Assembly: GCA_964035545.1 (NCBI GenBank)
Contig: OZ037766.1
Location: 31,548,773 to 31,612,772 of the forward strand
Source: Bugula neritina
Taxonomy: Eukaryota; Animalia; Bryozoa
DNA: 64,000 nt
Direction: 5' to 3'
Shown here: positions 27,601-42,600 of the stretch, piece by piece
Position numbering within the stretch: position 1 is the stretch's first letter
Layout: each line of letters begins with the position of its first letter
Position numbers and translations under genes: made by a program
The notes under the pieces: model-generated
Seen by the model: only the letters and a program-made list of their open reading frames with translations
Told to the model about the DNA's origin: nothing
The model's database searches: none

Positions 27601-30600
27601 TCCAAGGCATCTGTAAGGCAGATTACAATCATATAGTGGTAAAACCAGTGGGAATAATTTCAATAATTATAATAGTTAATAGTGATTCTAGAGTTATTTT
27701 GAACCAAAGGTGGGTTAAGTTAATCAGTATATCTGAGATAGGCTCGGTTGAGCTAGTAAGCTAGTAGAAAAAGAAAGAATAAAATGAATCTTCAGAACTT
27801 TTAATGAGTCAGTAATAAAGTGAATGTAATATTTAGACAATGTGAAATGAGTCAGTAATAAAGTGAATGTAATATTCAGACAATGTGAAATGAGCCAGTA
27901 ATAAAGTGAATGTAATATTTAGACAATGTGAAATGAGTCAATAATAAATTGAATGTAATATTCAGACAATGTGAAATGAGTCAGTAATAAAGTGAATGTA
28001 ATATTCAGACAATGTGAAATGAGTCAGTAATAAAGTGAATGTCTCCTAGAAGCTGATTACACTGTGAGTTGTCTCACCCTGCAGGACACTCATCTGGTGC
28101 TGAACATTGCTGAGTGCAGACACCTTCATGACATTCACTGAGGAAATGTGAACAGTCGTAGTCTTCTTCACATCTCTCTACGCAGTGTCCACCAACACAG
28201 GTGAAATATCCATCACAGTCAATCTCTTTCTGTCATTGAAATTACTTATTCATCAACTTAGTTAATAAATAGATATGTCATGCATGCTGGGCTAACAAAT
28301 CCAACATAATTTCCAATACTCAGCTAAAAACATAGTCATGTACATATGTACACACACCAACAAGGTTATTGCAAATAATTCAAGTAGCTGTAATCTGAAG
28401 CTTTACTACTCACTTGGCATTGGGGCAAGCACAGCTTGTTTATACAAGAATGGTCGGCAACGGGGCACAGGTAGTTGAGAGGGTGACATCTGAGATGACA
28501 CCTGCCAGACACACACTCTCTAGTGTCAGGGCAACTAACAGTTGCTCTAGAGCAGGTGCTTGAGCATACACCTCCCGTGCAGACGCCAAACTGACATTCA
28601 CCGTCTGAAATGCCACAGTGAATATTCTAATTACTAGTCTGGTCACCGTAGCAACAGCACAACAAATGAAAGCCCTTTTCATCACAGTTCTTATATAAAG
28701 AAAGTGGAGACTTTACAGAATACATTTGATAGATAAGCAGAAAAGCAAACTCCCGAAATTAGGAGAGTAATCGAAGATGTAAAGATACGACAAAGCAATA
28801 GAGGCCAAACTCAGCTGTAAGAAAGAAAATAATTAAACCAATAGTAATGTTGAGAGTTGAATGCTAGCACTACAGTAGGAATGTGAGTTACTACTATTTC
28901 AGTTTCAGAAATGATTCTAGAAAGTAACTTTACTTTTCCCAATCAGATATAAAAAACATATTATTCTGAAGTTATTTGTAATTAACTAGCGTCTAATTAG
29001 AACACAATTATATTATGTTCTAAATTCAATCAACAGACATGACTGAAACTATGTCTATACAATTGACCAAGAAATTCTTTTTGAATTAAATACTTTTATA
29101 TGGTAATGTTACGAAAATTTTTGTGATCATCATACAACACATTATTTTGTTCTAATAAATATATTTGCCGTTTACAGAGAGAACTATTGTGTTATATAGA
29201 TAGTAAGTGTTTTACAGAGTTATATACAGGGATATATATGTAGAGGTAAGTGTGTTACTGAGTTATATACGGAGATATATATGTAGAGGTAAGTGTGTTA
29301 CCGAGTGTGCAGGGATAGAGGCAGACTTCTTCCATCTCCTGATAAACTAGACCCTGATCTGTGCACCTCTTCTGGTCAGACACTGGATATTCATAGCAGC
29401 TACCTCCAATACACTTGCCTATACTGCCACATTCATCAACCGGGGAGTTGTCATCACATCCAGGGACACACACTCCTTGATAGCAAAGCTCATTCTCACA
29501 CTCTCCGTTGTCCTGTGACAAATTCAATAAATAAATTTCATTCAAGCCAACAAATATTACTCGATTAGGAGTACATATTCAACCAACTCACTTCTATATG
29601 AGTTGAGTTAAGGCATGTAGCATAAACATGATGACAAAAAGTAAATGTAAAAACTTGACAAATAAAGTTGAGGTTATTAAATAGAAATTCTCAACAAATT
29701 ATCCCTTTTTTATCAAGTGAACAACTGACAACATTTTTACTATATATTATATTTATTATGTAAATATTTACTATATATTATATTTAATGTGTGTTGGATT
29801 TACTATATATTTTATTTACTGTATGTTGCATTTACTATATATTATAGTTACTATATATATTATATATATAATACATATATTCAGTAAAGATTATATAATA
29901 TAATATATTTACCGAGCATTCGGGTAAACAGAGGCCTTGCACACACTGAAAGCCAGAATCACAAGTGATGTTACATCTTGGTCGGCAGCGATGGTGAAAG
30001 CAGACTCCGTTACGGCCGCAGTCGCTGTCAGAGCTGCACACTGAAGCCAATTGAACACAGAACTTATTATTCCCATGTTATTTTATAGTGTAGTGTAGTA
30101 TAGTATATAATATAGTGCATCATAGTATAGTGTAGTGTAGTATAGTATATAATATAGTGTATCATAGTATAGTATAGTATAGTATAGTGTAGTATAGTAT
30201 AATATAATGCATCATAGTATAGTATAGTATAGTGTAGTATAGTATAATATAGTGCATCATAGTATAGTATAGTATAGTGTAGTATAGTATAGTATAGTAT
30301 AATATAGTGCATCATAGTATAGTATAGTATAGTGTAGTATAGTATAATATAGTGCATCATAGTATAGTATAGTATAGTGTAGTATAGTATATAATATAGT
30401 GCATCATAGTATAGTGTAGTGTAGTATAGTATATAATATAGTGTATCATAGTATAGTATAGTATAGTATAGTGTAGTATAGTATAATATAATGCATCATA
30501 GTATAGTATAGTATAGTGTAGTATAGTATAATATAATGCATCATAGTATAGTATAGTATAGTGTAGTATAGTATAATATAGTGCATCATAGTATAGTATA

Positions 30601-33600
30601 GTATAGTGTAGTATAGTATAGTATAATATAGTGCATCATAGTATAGTATAGTATAGTGTAGTATAGTATAATATAGTGCATCATAGTATAGTATAGTATA
30701 GTGTAGTATAGTATAATATAGTGCATTATAGTGTTAAGTAGCATCTAGTATATTGTAGCATAGTGTAGTACATAGTAATACAGTATAATATAATAAAACA
30801 TATTATAATATATAGTATAGTATAATACAGCATAATGTTATATAGTATAATATATCACAGAAGAGTATAGTGTAATATATTACACAAGAGTATATTATAA
30901 TATATCACAGAAGAGTATAGTATAATATATCACAGAAGAGTATAGTGTAATATATTACACAAGAGCATATTATAATATATCACAGAAGAGTATATTATAT
31001 CACACATACCTCCATACTCTTCTAGTGTATACGGGCTAAGGTCCAAACATCTGTCACCAAATAAAATGGCGCCAGAAGGACAAGAACACCTCTTGGTAAC
31101 TGCGTCATAGATCAGTCCTCTGATACCAGCAGAGCCGCACTTCTCTCTGTCTGTACAAATATTGACAAACACGAGTGAGTAACTCCCAACAATAGCATGT
31201 GCGAATCGCTCCATCAGTGCAACATGAACATAAAATGCCTTGTCGAGTAAATTCAACAACTGAGTGAATTACAAAACAGCAAAAGTTTGTTTTCAAATTA
31301 GAAAAGTTCCTAGCAGACTTTTCCAGCTACATTTAAATTTAAGAAATATGTTTCAAAGTACCATTAATTGTTGTGATTAGCAAATGACAAGTGCCACAAG
31401 TAGATGAGGAGACTTACGTATGGGTAAGATGAACTTGTACCTCTCACACACTCGATTATCTGAGCAGTATGTCCCCAGACCTAAACAGTAACAACAGCAA
31501 CATCAGTTACAACAGCAACATCAGTAACAACAGCAACATCAGTAACAACAGCAACATCAGTTACAACAGCAACAACATCAGTAACAACAGCAACATCAGT
31601 TACAACAGCAACAACATCAGTAACAACAGCAACAACAGTAACATCAACAACATCAGTAACAACAGTAACAGAGTACTGTGGAGGGTTGAGTAACTCATGT
31701 AATGGAGACAAGACTACACAAAGTCAAATGTTCAGAAAGGATTTAAATGGAAACTTTTTGAGGGAACTCTATCCACGTGCCAGTCACATGACACACATGA
31801 CAATCACATGGGTATACGACACATTATCACATGAAATGCAATTAATTGACAGAAACTGAAGAGAACAATAAACACTAATTGCTTAAAATGCAAAAAGATG
31901 AAAATCTCAGATATACTATCTTTAATAACCTAAAGCTTTGAACTCTTAATTTTTAAAATCTTCTTTCAATTGCTTACCACATTGAGACTGGTAGAGACAC
32001 GGCTCGCCAACATTTTGGTATGGTACACACATGCCCTGGAGCTCCTCACAGTAAAGGTATGAGCCTCTCGAGTCCAGACATTCTTCCTGTTGAGTGCAGG
32101 GCTGGTGGAGTATGGGTAGACACACTTTGTTACCATTCGTGTCTTCACCACATTTGGTCAATGGCGCACAGTTTCTGTCATGGTTCTCGCAGCTAAAACC
32201 AAACGCAGTTGATAATAATGATTACAAACCAGATTATCAATTGGTAAAATTTAGCAGTAAAATGGCTGCTTTGAAACCAAAACTGTGAAATATTCAATGA
32301 CTGATGTATATATTTAAAAGTCATGACAAATTTTAACTTTGTGCTAAAAGACATTAACATACACCAGTTTCATTAAATGGTAACGAGAATGGGAATTTGG
32401 TGAAAATAAAACTGAATTAAGATTCTTCTCAGATTTCAAAGGAACTTACAGGATAAGACAGGAAGCAGAAGAGAAGGACCCATCAACACCTCCCGAGCAG
32501 ATAGTACCGTTCTGACAGTCAGCGGTGTTGTTAGCTCCACACAACGTCGTACAGAAACCGCCTTCACAAAGCAGTCCAGCAGCATCACAATCACTGTGCT
32601 GGCGGCAAGAAACAGCCAGAGTATTTTCAACAAAAAATCCTGGGCTATCGCGTTTGAACATACGGCCCCCACCTTGATGTCCGCAGCCAGTTTCGGCATT
32701 CTCACGATATGCATTATGAGCTAAGTCACAGCCAATCTCCTCAATTATATCGGAGTAATCCTGTAATACAATATAGTTATAGAACAGACATATCTCACAC
32801 TAACCTTGTCACTGGTTGGAAAGGGTATACTAATACCCCTACTTTCTGTATTACAACAGATGGATCTCACACTAACCTTGTCACTTATAGGGGGATATTC
32901 TGACTTATAAACACAGAGTCCTGTTCCCACAGTGGCAGTTGACAGACCAATCAGACACTGGTATTTCTCATCCACTCCGCAGACGTTCTCCAAACTGACA
33001 TCACACTGTGAGAAACATCTCCCACTCATACACGAGTAACCGGACGGACATCTTTTAGTTGAGGAACAGGAGCTACTGCAAGCTCCAACCACACAGATGT
33101 CCTGACAGTCTGAATCTAAAAAGATACGAGAGGGCTCACGGAATCTGATGATGAGGTCACAGCAACAACTGACGAGTGAACAGCAGCGTCAACTGCTGCC
33201 CACAAGAATCCCGACAGCGTGAACTAACCTCTGGTGCACCTACTAATACAAAATCCGCCTCTCAGTACAGCTCCTTCAACGCATCCAGTGGCATCTGTCG
33301 TATTCACTCGGCAAACTCCGTCCAAACATTCTTGAATCCCTTCAGCACATTCCCAAGCCACCAACGCGTGTACCGCACACTGAAGAAAGGAAGTGTCATG
33401 TATTATACATGTGTCAAAACCAGTGTTATACAGTTGACACTGTTAAAAAAATAAAATGATCTACGCCATCATAAAAAATTGAGAACATATTGAGAGTTGT
33501 TCTTGGTTTAGCAAAGTTAAACTTTTACTCAACAGGGCAGAAAACATTGTATTCATTCAGCATTTGCTAAGCAATAAACTTATGACTTTATAAAAACATA

Positions 33601-36600
33601 ATACAGTCCGCAAATATTGCAAACACTGATTGTTAGCGCAAAATATTTAACTATTGGCTATTACAGTTTGGAGTTTTAAACTATTATTATTTTAAAATAC
33701 AATACTAATTGAAATAATAGATCAGTAAAAATTCAATCGAAATACTCGTAATGCCTGCATAAAATTTAATAGGACAAAAAAATCATTAATAATGTTTTGA
33801 TATAAAGGAATACTGTTTAATACATGTGGTAAAATTTATTTGAGTGGTTTAAAAAAACACCAACGCAGATAAAAACCAAAGACACAATGCTAATCATCAT
33901 AAACACTTAATGAAAAGGATTCCTTTTCCTTGAATAATAATAAATCATTGCAGGATCATCTTACTGCCAACTTCACTCCTGAAACACACAGACTAACAAT
34001 TATAAGCAAGAAATCCATGCCACTGACTCACCTTTCTCTCACAATAATTATTCAAGCAGACGGAGCCATGAGGACAGTCAGTCACAGACTGACAGCTGAA
34101 GCCGCAGATACCCCCGTGTAGACACACCATTCCTGCGTCACACTCACCAGCTGATAGGCAGAGTCTGTGACAAGTGCCCGATTGGCACACGTGATTGGAT
34201 GAACAATCAGCATGTGACGAACACGCTACAATTTTATAGCAGCCAATCTTCACGCAAATATCTAAGTTTTCGGTCATCCAACATTTTTTGTATCTTCAAA
34301 AAGTTTAAATTTTACAAACCCTGGACTCTCACCTAATGTGGAAGGGCCATTTAGTTGTAAGTAGGCTTAACCTCATTGCAATGTATCAAAATATACAGAT
34401 CAAAACTCTTTATATTCAACATCTATCAACGATAAACCAACAGTTTGTCTGAACCCAACAATTCCGCTCATCATATTTACACCCTTTGAAGTCTACAGAT
34501 GTGAAACTATAAACATACGGAGTATCTCTGAGACGCAGAGATCATTGAGCAGTTGGTATCCATCCTCACACCCACAAATCCCGGAGGGGGCACAGACGCG
34601 GTCCTGATATAAAACACCACACCGTCTTTCATTGCCATGACAGAAGGTGATCTCAGATGGCCAGAATTTGCCGTTGTTATCCTTGGGCCAGGAACACCGC
34701 CAACTTTTACATATTCCCAAAACACCTGCATAGAAAGTTTGAGGTTATTAGCAGTAATAAATCACATGGTAACTGCGATGTTTCAGTGAATATTATTTGC
34801 CTTCTAATTGGTTGACCATAATATTTACTTTTTATTCAGAACGGAGCATTTTAGGATTTATTTAATAAAATCAAACATTGAATAGAGCACAACTTCATGT
34901 TCAACATTTTTCTTTTCTTTTTTAAATAAAACAAAGCGGTTAGCAAATTTAAATCTACATTTCATTGTTTACTGTCTATTATCTATTCTACAGATATATC
35001 TCTATTCTATTGTTTACTGTCTATTATCTATTCTACAGATATATCTCTATTCTATTGTTTACTGTCTATTATCTATTCTACAGATATATCTCTATTCTAT
35101 TGTTTACTGTTTATTATCTATTCTACAGATATATCTCTATTCTATTGTTTACTGTCTATTATCTATTCTACAGATATATCTCTATTCTATTGTTTACTGT
35201 CTATTATCTATTCTACAAATATATCTCTATTCTATTGTTTACTGTCTATTTTCTATTCTACAAATATATCTCTATTCTATTGTTTACTGTCTATTATCTA
35301 TTCTACAAATATATCTCTATTCTATTGTTTACTGTCTATTATCTATTCTACAAATATATCTCTATTCTATTGTTTACTGTCTATTATCTATTCTACAGAC
35401 AGTGAAGATTGCTGCCTACCACAGTCACTGGATGAAGTGCAGGCAACTCCTGGAATGAAGTCAGGTTGACACGTGCTGTTCAAGCAAGCGTATATATAAA
35501 TATGGTGGAAGTCGAATATGTATTCGTTACACATAGAATCACTGCTACACGCTTGCCCAGTACGAGTTCGGCATTTCCCAGCAGAACACAGCTGTAAAGT
35601 AAAAGTAAAGTACTTAAGGCTTAGTAGAAATTCCTCACAGTGCTGCATATGGTAAATACAACTTCTAAACCTGTTCACAGAATGATGTTTATATTACTTC
35701 AATTATGAGCTCATACTGATCTTTAAATAGAACATGCTAAAACTATTAGTAGCAGCAATGCACTACACTTATGGCATATCATTGATATGCTTTACAGAGC
35801 TTGTAGAAAATATCAAGTAACCCAAACATTCTTCCTTGTAGAAAAATTTTCAAACTAAATCCATTATAAAGTGAGTCATATAAAAACAAATATAATGAAA
35901 TGGACAGACAGTGCAACAGTGAAGGAAAGTTGAGTCATAGCACTTTCTAAGGTTATGTCTAAGAATAACCTTGAACTCTGACCTGAGAATAGTGGCATTC
36001 TGAACTGGAGGTGCAAGGTAGAGCACACTCGCCACTTTGACACTCCCAACTTCCTCCTGAACCGCAGTCGTCATTCGTAGCGCAGGAGGCCGACCAGAAT
36101 CCCTCCGTGCAGACGTTGCTGGTGCAGTTAGAGTTGCCTGAACACATTTCAACGCAAACTTTGCCAACACATAGCAAATCTCCAGAGCAGTCACGGGAAC
36201 GCTGTAATATATACATACGTCTGCAACATATACATACGTCTGTAACATATACATACGTCTGTAACATATACATACGTCTGCAACATATACATACGTCTGC
36301 AACATATACATGCGTCTGCAAGATATACATACGTCTGCAATATATAAATACGTCTGCAATATATACATACGTCTGTAATATATACATACGTCTGTAATAT
36401 ATACATACGTCTGTAACATATACATACGTCTGCAATATATACATACGTCCGTAACATATAAATACGTCTGTAACATATAAATACGTCTGTAACATATAAA
36501 TACGTCTGCAATATATACATACGTCTGCAATATATAAATACGTCTGCAATATATACATACGTCTGTAATATATACATACGTCTGTAATATATACATACGT

Positions 36601-39600
36601 CTGCAACATATATCACTATTATACGCTGCATATACCTAATCAGTGAGCATTTCACTGACATCTCATACTTGCCTTGTTCAGCTGTCATGCATAAAACTAT
36701 AAACAAACTCCAGATTAATATTCAGCTGCAACTTAAAAGACATGCGCAGTACAGTTAATGTCAAAGACAATAATTGTGAGTATAGCATATTTTAGTGTTT
36801 GAACAAGCTCTATTTTAAACTTGAAAATCTACGCAGCTGATACTAATTGAAATGGGATATTCAGATCAGAGAAAATGCAACTCCATACTTGGCAGGGCGT
36901 AGAGCAAATGCCGAGGTTACAGCTCTGCCCATCCTTACACTCGCCATCTTGTGTACAGGTTCTGTGACACGTGTTGGCGTGACAGACCTCATTACCATCA
37001 CACTCAGACGAGTCAACACAAGCGAGGGCACACAAGCCTTCAGCGCAGACAAATCCGTCTGCACACATATCATCTACAGAGCACATGTTTGCAACAACTT
37101 GACATAAATAAAATCACCTTTTAATTCCCACCAGCATAACATTGTAACTGGTGTATATTACAATTTAGGGGAAACAGAAATGTCAGAACATATCTAACTA
37201 ATGGCAACGAATTCGTAGCCTTCTGCAATTACTTACTTCTACTACTATACTTGGACTGTATTTACTTGTGCTGCTATGCTAGAGCTATACTTACCTCTGC
37301 CATTAATGCAGATGTCGTAGCAAAGTCCATCAAGACAGGTTTGGTCAGGGAAACACTGGTCAGAATTAGAGCAAGACGCTTTACATATCTGGTCGTGACA
37401 GGTGAGTTTGTTAGAACACAGGGCATCTGAATATCAAGTGTAGGTGTAGAATGTATGGTGTAAGTGTAATGTAGATAAGGAGTAAGTGTAATGTATATAA
37501 GGAGTAGGTGTAATGTATATAAGGAGTAAGTGTAATGTATATAAGGAGTAAGTTTAATAGACGAAACTCAAGGCAGGCTGGGACATTAGATTAGGTCTCA
37601 GACTATGAAGTGTATTGTTTACAGATAACATTTTCCTATAGAGACATCCAAATTCTCTATGTTTATGACAATAGCTAAATGCCATCCAGCATCACATTCT
37701 TATGAGAATATTTGACAAACAACTTCAAAGCATTGCAAACAAATCTTAGCCTATAAATAGAGTTAGTAAATTGAAAATATTAAAACTGGTCTATCCTTTG
37801 CAGTATGATGTCCTTAATACTAGAAAAATAAATATTTATAAACAAATCAGTCAAAAATTTGCACATTGCGACTGACCCTGGTTTGTTGTGGGCCCAGTAG
37901 GTTGGTAGCAGCTTTCTCGACACAGTGAGTTACGACAGATGTGGTTAAAGGGACAGTCAAAGGCAGAAGAGCAAGTTAGTAAACACAGGTCTCCCTTGCA
38001 CTCGTGTATATCTTCTGTAAAGGGAAACAACTAATCAGTTACACACAGAAACTGTCTCATAATAAAAATAAATTTTTCATTTTACAACAATATATAATAA
38101 TATACTATTTATTTTAATATATTATATGACATATATATATTGTGTATTATATACTATATACTTATTATACTATATTATATGACATATATATTATGTATTA
38201 TATACTATATATTTATTTCAATATATTATATGCCATATATCTATTATGTATTATATACTATATACTTATTGCAATATATTATATATGCTATAGATCTATT
38301 ATATACTATATACTTACTGCAATATATTACATATGCTATAGATATCATACATTCTAGTCACTCATGATTAAAACATTGAGCATCAGAGAAACAAAATAAC
38401 CTGATTTCAACCTGTCATAGCTGGACAGTATTGTTACAGCTATAATTACATTATAAAATAATTCAGCTAAATCTAACAAGTGAAGTATTGATATAACATG
38501 TTTAGAATAACCATGTGTATACTCTAACTAAGCAACTCTAATGATGAATGTATAGTATGAAGACATTATCATCAGATAGTACCCACAACTACACAGAAAC
38601 TGTTTCAGGCAGACACTGACTGATTTGAACTTGTGACTGTGGGATGCAATTGCTATTGAGGTTGTCATGACTTGATCATGATAGAACTCAAACTAATAGC
38701 CTATCACTATGAAGGTCACACTGACCCAATAACCAATCACTATGTAGGTCACACTGACCCAATAGTCAATCACTATGTAGGTCACACTGACCCAATAGGC
38801 AATGCCATAAGCAGATGAGCAGAAATACCAATTATTTCTAAATACAGTTGTTTGACAAATATAGGTTCAATGATCTTGTGGTAATAGAAGCTGATCCTAC
38901 GTAAAAGAAAGTGAGAATTTATCTATTCATTGAAAGGAATTGTTACTCCAAATTCAGCTAAACATGTTAACTTAAGAGGAGAGATTACAGTGACCATCTC
39001 CAGAGATAAGACTACCTGTAGGAGATGAAGATCCACATCTGGCGGCAGCATACATCGCCATATTGGCAGCACACAGACACTTGTCATCTACACACGCCCC
39101 GTCACCTATCAGATTATCACACTGAGCACAGCTTGGAGAAGGAGGCAGCACTTGCCCGACGCCATTCTGCTGGAGAACACAGGTACCGTGAGCACATTTC
39201 TCCAGGAGTCCTACAAGAAGGTTGAGCTATTTACTAGGTACACTATTTGCTAGTTACAATATTTACTAGATAAACTATTTGCTAGGTACACTATTTACTA
39301 GATAAACTATTTGCTAGGTACACTGTTTACTAGGTACACTATTTGCTAGGTACAATATTTACTAGGTACACTATCTACTAGGTACACTATTTGCTAGACA
39401 CACTGCTGAATCAATGACATGTTTCTTACCACAATCGCTGTGACCAGCACAAGATTGGTTGTATTTGTGGAGCGGTTTACAGATGCCGCTGACGCACATA
39501 GAAGTCTGACCACAGTGCTGGTCATCTCCACACGCAATAGTCAGCGGGTCAACACAAACTCTGTTAGTGACATCACAGATGGAGTTCATTGGACAGGAAG

Positions 39601-42600
39601 TGTCCTTTACACAGGATATTGCATCATAATCACTGTGATTAGTGTTCTTCATACACATGCCTATGAGAGAATGTATATTGGCCATACTGGAAATAAGGGT
39701 CGAAATCGATGCAACTTAAAATACAAAACTTTAAATTTCGTTAAAATGGAGGCAGCCCGTCTTAGAAATTAATTTTAGTGGCATCTGCCAGAGTACTTAT
39801 GGAGAATCATTCAGGAAACAAACTATAAAGTTAGATCGGTAAATCTACAGCTATGAAGACATACTACACACTCTATCTACACATGATACCTACACAATGT
39901 ATTTACACTTGGTATCTACACACTCTATCTACACATGATACCTACACAATGTATTTACACTTAGTATCTACACACTCTATCTACATATGATACCTACACA
40001 ATGTATTTACACTTAGTATCTACACACTCTATCTACACATGACACCTACACAATGTATTTACACTTAGTATCTACACTCTCTATCTACACATGATACCTA
40101 CACAATGTATTTACACTTAGTATCTACACACTCTATCTACATATGATACCTACACAATGTATTTACACTTAGTATCTACACACTCTATCTACACATGACA
40201 CCTACACAATGTATTTACACTTAGTATCTACACACTCTATCTACACATTGCTTCTATATAGTTATAATCTTGCCGTTATCAGCTACAATAAAGCACTGTT
40301 TGAAACATTGTTGACTTCTTTCAATGTAACCAATTTAAAAAAAATATTCTGCAAATCTTTGGTCCCAAAGTCATCTTGACACTTGGGTTAACTACTTTTA
40401 TTAAATTGATTGGCATTTAGCACTAAGCTTTGTTTCTACTTGTATTCGAAATGTAATAATGCTCGTTACAGTATTAGTTGCAATTATTACTAACAAGGCT
40501 GCAGACCAACTACAAGCGTTGGTGAATACAGAGTGTGAATTTCTTACCCAACACACAGGAGAACTCATCGTTGAGACAATCACTTTGATCTAAGCATCCA
40601 ATCACACACTCCGACACATTGGCTTGAAGGTTGACAGAAAAGCAGGTGCCCAGAATTCCTAGTGTGGGCCTGCAGGATGTGCGGCCCTGTAACCAAAAAT
40701 ATCCAGACAGTGAGCTAAAGCTATGTGAATCAAAATGAGACAGGAAATGATTTTCTCTTTTAGTGTGAATTGTCTACAAGCTAGATGTAAGTTTCATATA
40801 ACTAAAAGTAAGTAGCTAAAGTAACTGTGCATAATAAACTGACGTACAGAACATTTCCTTGTACAAATCCCGTTCACTGAGCTACAATGACCTCCAAACT
40901 CCATGCAGTCTGAGTCATCTTTACACTGTTCAACGCACCTTCTCCCTGATTGGATGAAATAGAGAGTAAACGATCCGGCTGTACTATTCATTATTTAATG
41001 TTACGCCCGACATGATTAGTTTAACTTAAAACTTTTAGAAAATAATTAACTCATCTCTTAATACTAAGAGATAATACAATGTCTGAACAGGGCTAGAAGT
41101 AACATATCAGCCAATCAGCTACTTACAGCAATAAATATTATAGTAACATATTATATTATTTTATCATTATAAACCCAAGTGTCATATGATTATTATACTG
41201 AAGTTTCGCCTGTATTCGTACCATTCACTCCGCTAATAAAACAACTTGATCACATGACCTACCAAGACACGTCTGCGTGCTAGTACAGTCGTCATTCTGA
41301 GAGCACTGGTCTACGCAGATGGACACCTTGCCTCCACTCCATCTCTCCACCTCTGTACAGATACCATTAGAACAATGCATGCTGTCTTGACACAGGAATC
41401 TACACCTTCTTGGGTTTCCATCACACACTGCTGGTGCTGCCATCCCTCTACAGTCTCTGTCTGTCTTGCAGTCACCATCTGAAACATTTCCATTTTATAC
41501 TTGATATACTAGTATATCTATTGTATACTTGAAATACTAGTTTATCTATTGTATACTTGATATACTAGTATATCTATTGTATACTTGAAATACTAGTATA
41601 TCTATTGTATACTTGAAATAGGCTAATCTATTAAAATGTCTTAATGGTTAAACTATAACTATAACTGTAAGGAAATATATTAGACTACAACTAAAAGGAA
41701 ATATAGACTAAAACACTTGCCACAGGAAACCCGGTCTCTGTTCACAGACGTCTGAGAAGCCTTGTAGAGATATCTTAGCGAGTCCACTTCACATACACTT
41801 CCTTCTTTACATTTTCTGCTCCTTCTGCTAACACAAAGTCCACAACCTTCTGCACACGTGCTCCACGGTTCCCACTCTAGCCAGTTGGAAATAGCTACAA
41901 CCAATAATATGAAATATAACATGGCTACAGCCAATAACATGAAAGATAACATGACTACAGTAAATTATTTTAAAAATATAAGACTTGCAGTCAATGGCTA
42001 CACAGATTAGAATTTTTAAATATCTTTAGATACCACAAGAGTCATATTTTCAGTCCTACAGTTAACAAAAAACTGGATTGCAAACACAATATAAATCCAA
42101 ACACAGACACATGCATGAATATTTATAGATGACAATTTTGGGGTCAATTACATGTGAATGCAATTAATTACAATTTCAATTACTTTTGTTCTTACAAGGG
42201 ATAAATACAAGTTATACAATCTGACTTCTAGTGTGCAACTACCAGGGGAAATTTTGACAGTGGTGAATCTCTTTTGTGCTCAACAGTGATACTATACTAC
42301 ATTGACTTAATCTGAACCTGTTGTTTAACAGCAGGCATGGTAAGAAAAGCATGACACTTTCAAGATTTAAAAATTGAAGTAATTGTAAAAATCAATTATC
42401 TTTGATAAGTAATTATTTACAATTACATTTTTATACATCAATTACAAATTACATTCAATTACTTGAAAAAATGTAATTAATTACAACCAATTACAAATTA
42501 AAATTACCCCAACCCTGATAGATGAATACATAAAAAGATACACACACAAATAGAAATACATAAAAATATATAGATACACACATAAATACAAATAGATGGA

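Larger units (their letters stand above)
13032..41478 (-). other. Cys-rich repeat stalk of gene A (~48 exons; CxxDxDCxxxxxCxxGxC repeats plus EB-module-like units)
   Basis: E.g. [19 protein letters not shown]; EB-like [31 protein letters not shown] and [27 protein letters not shown]. Confidence 0.8.

Noticed and set aside
31150-31259. Longer Cys-containing exon from the acceptor at ~31260
   Set aside because: Reads into TGA; the acceptor at ~31151 gives the open EB-like frame.
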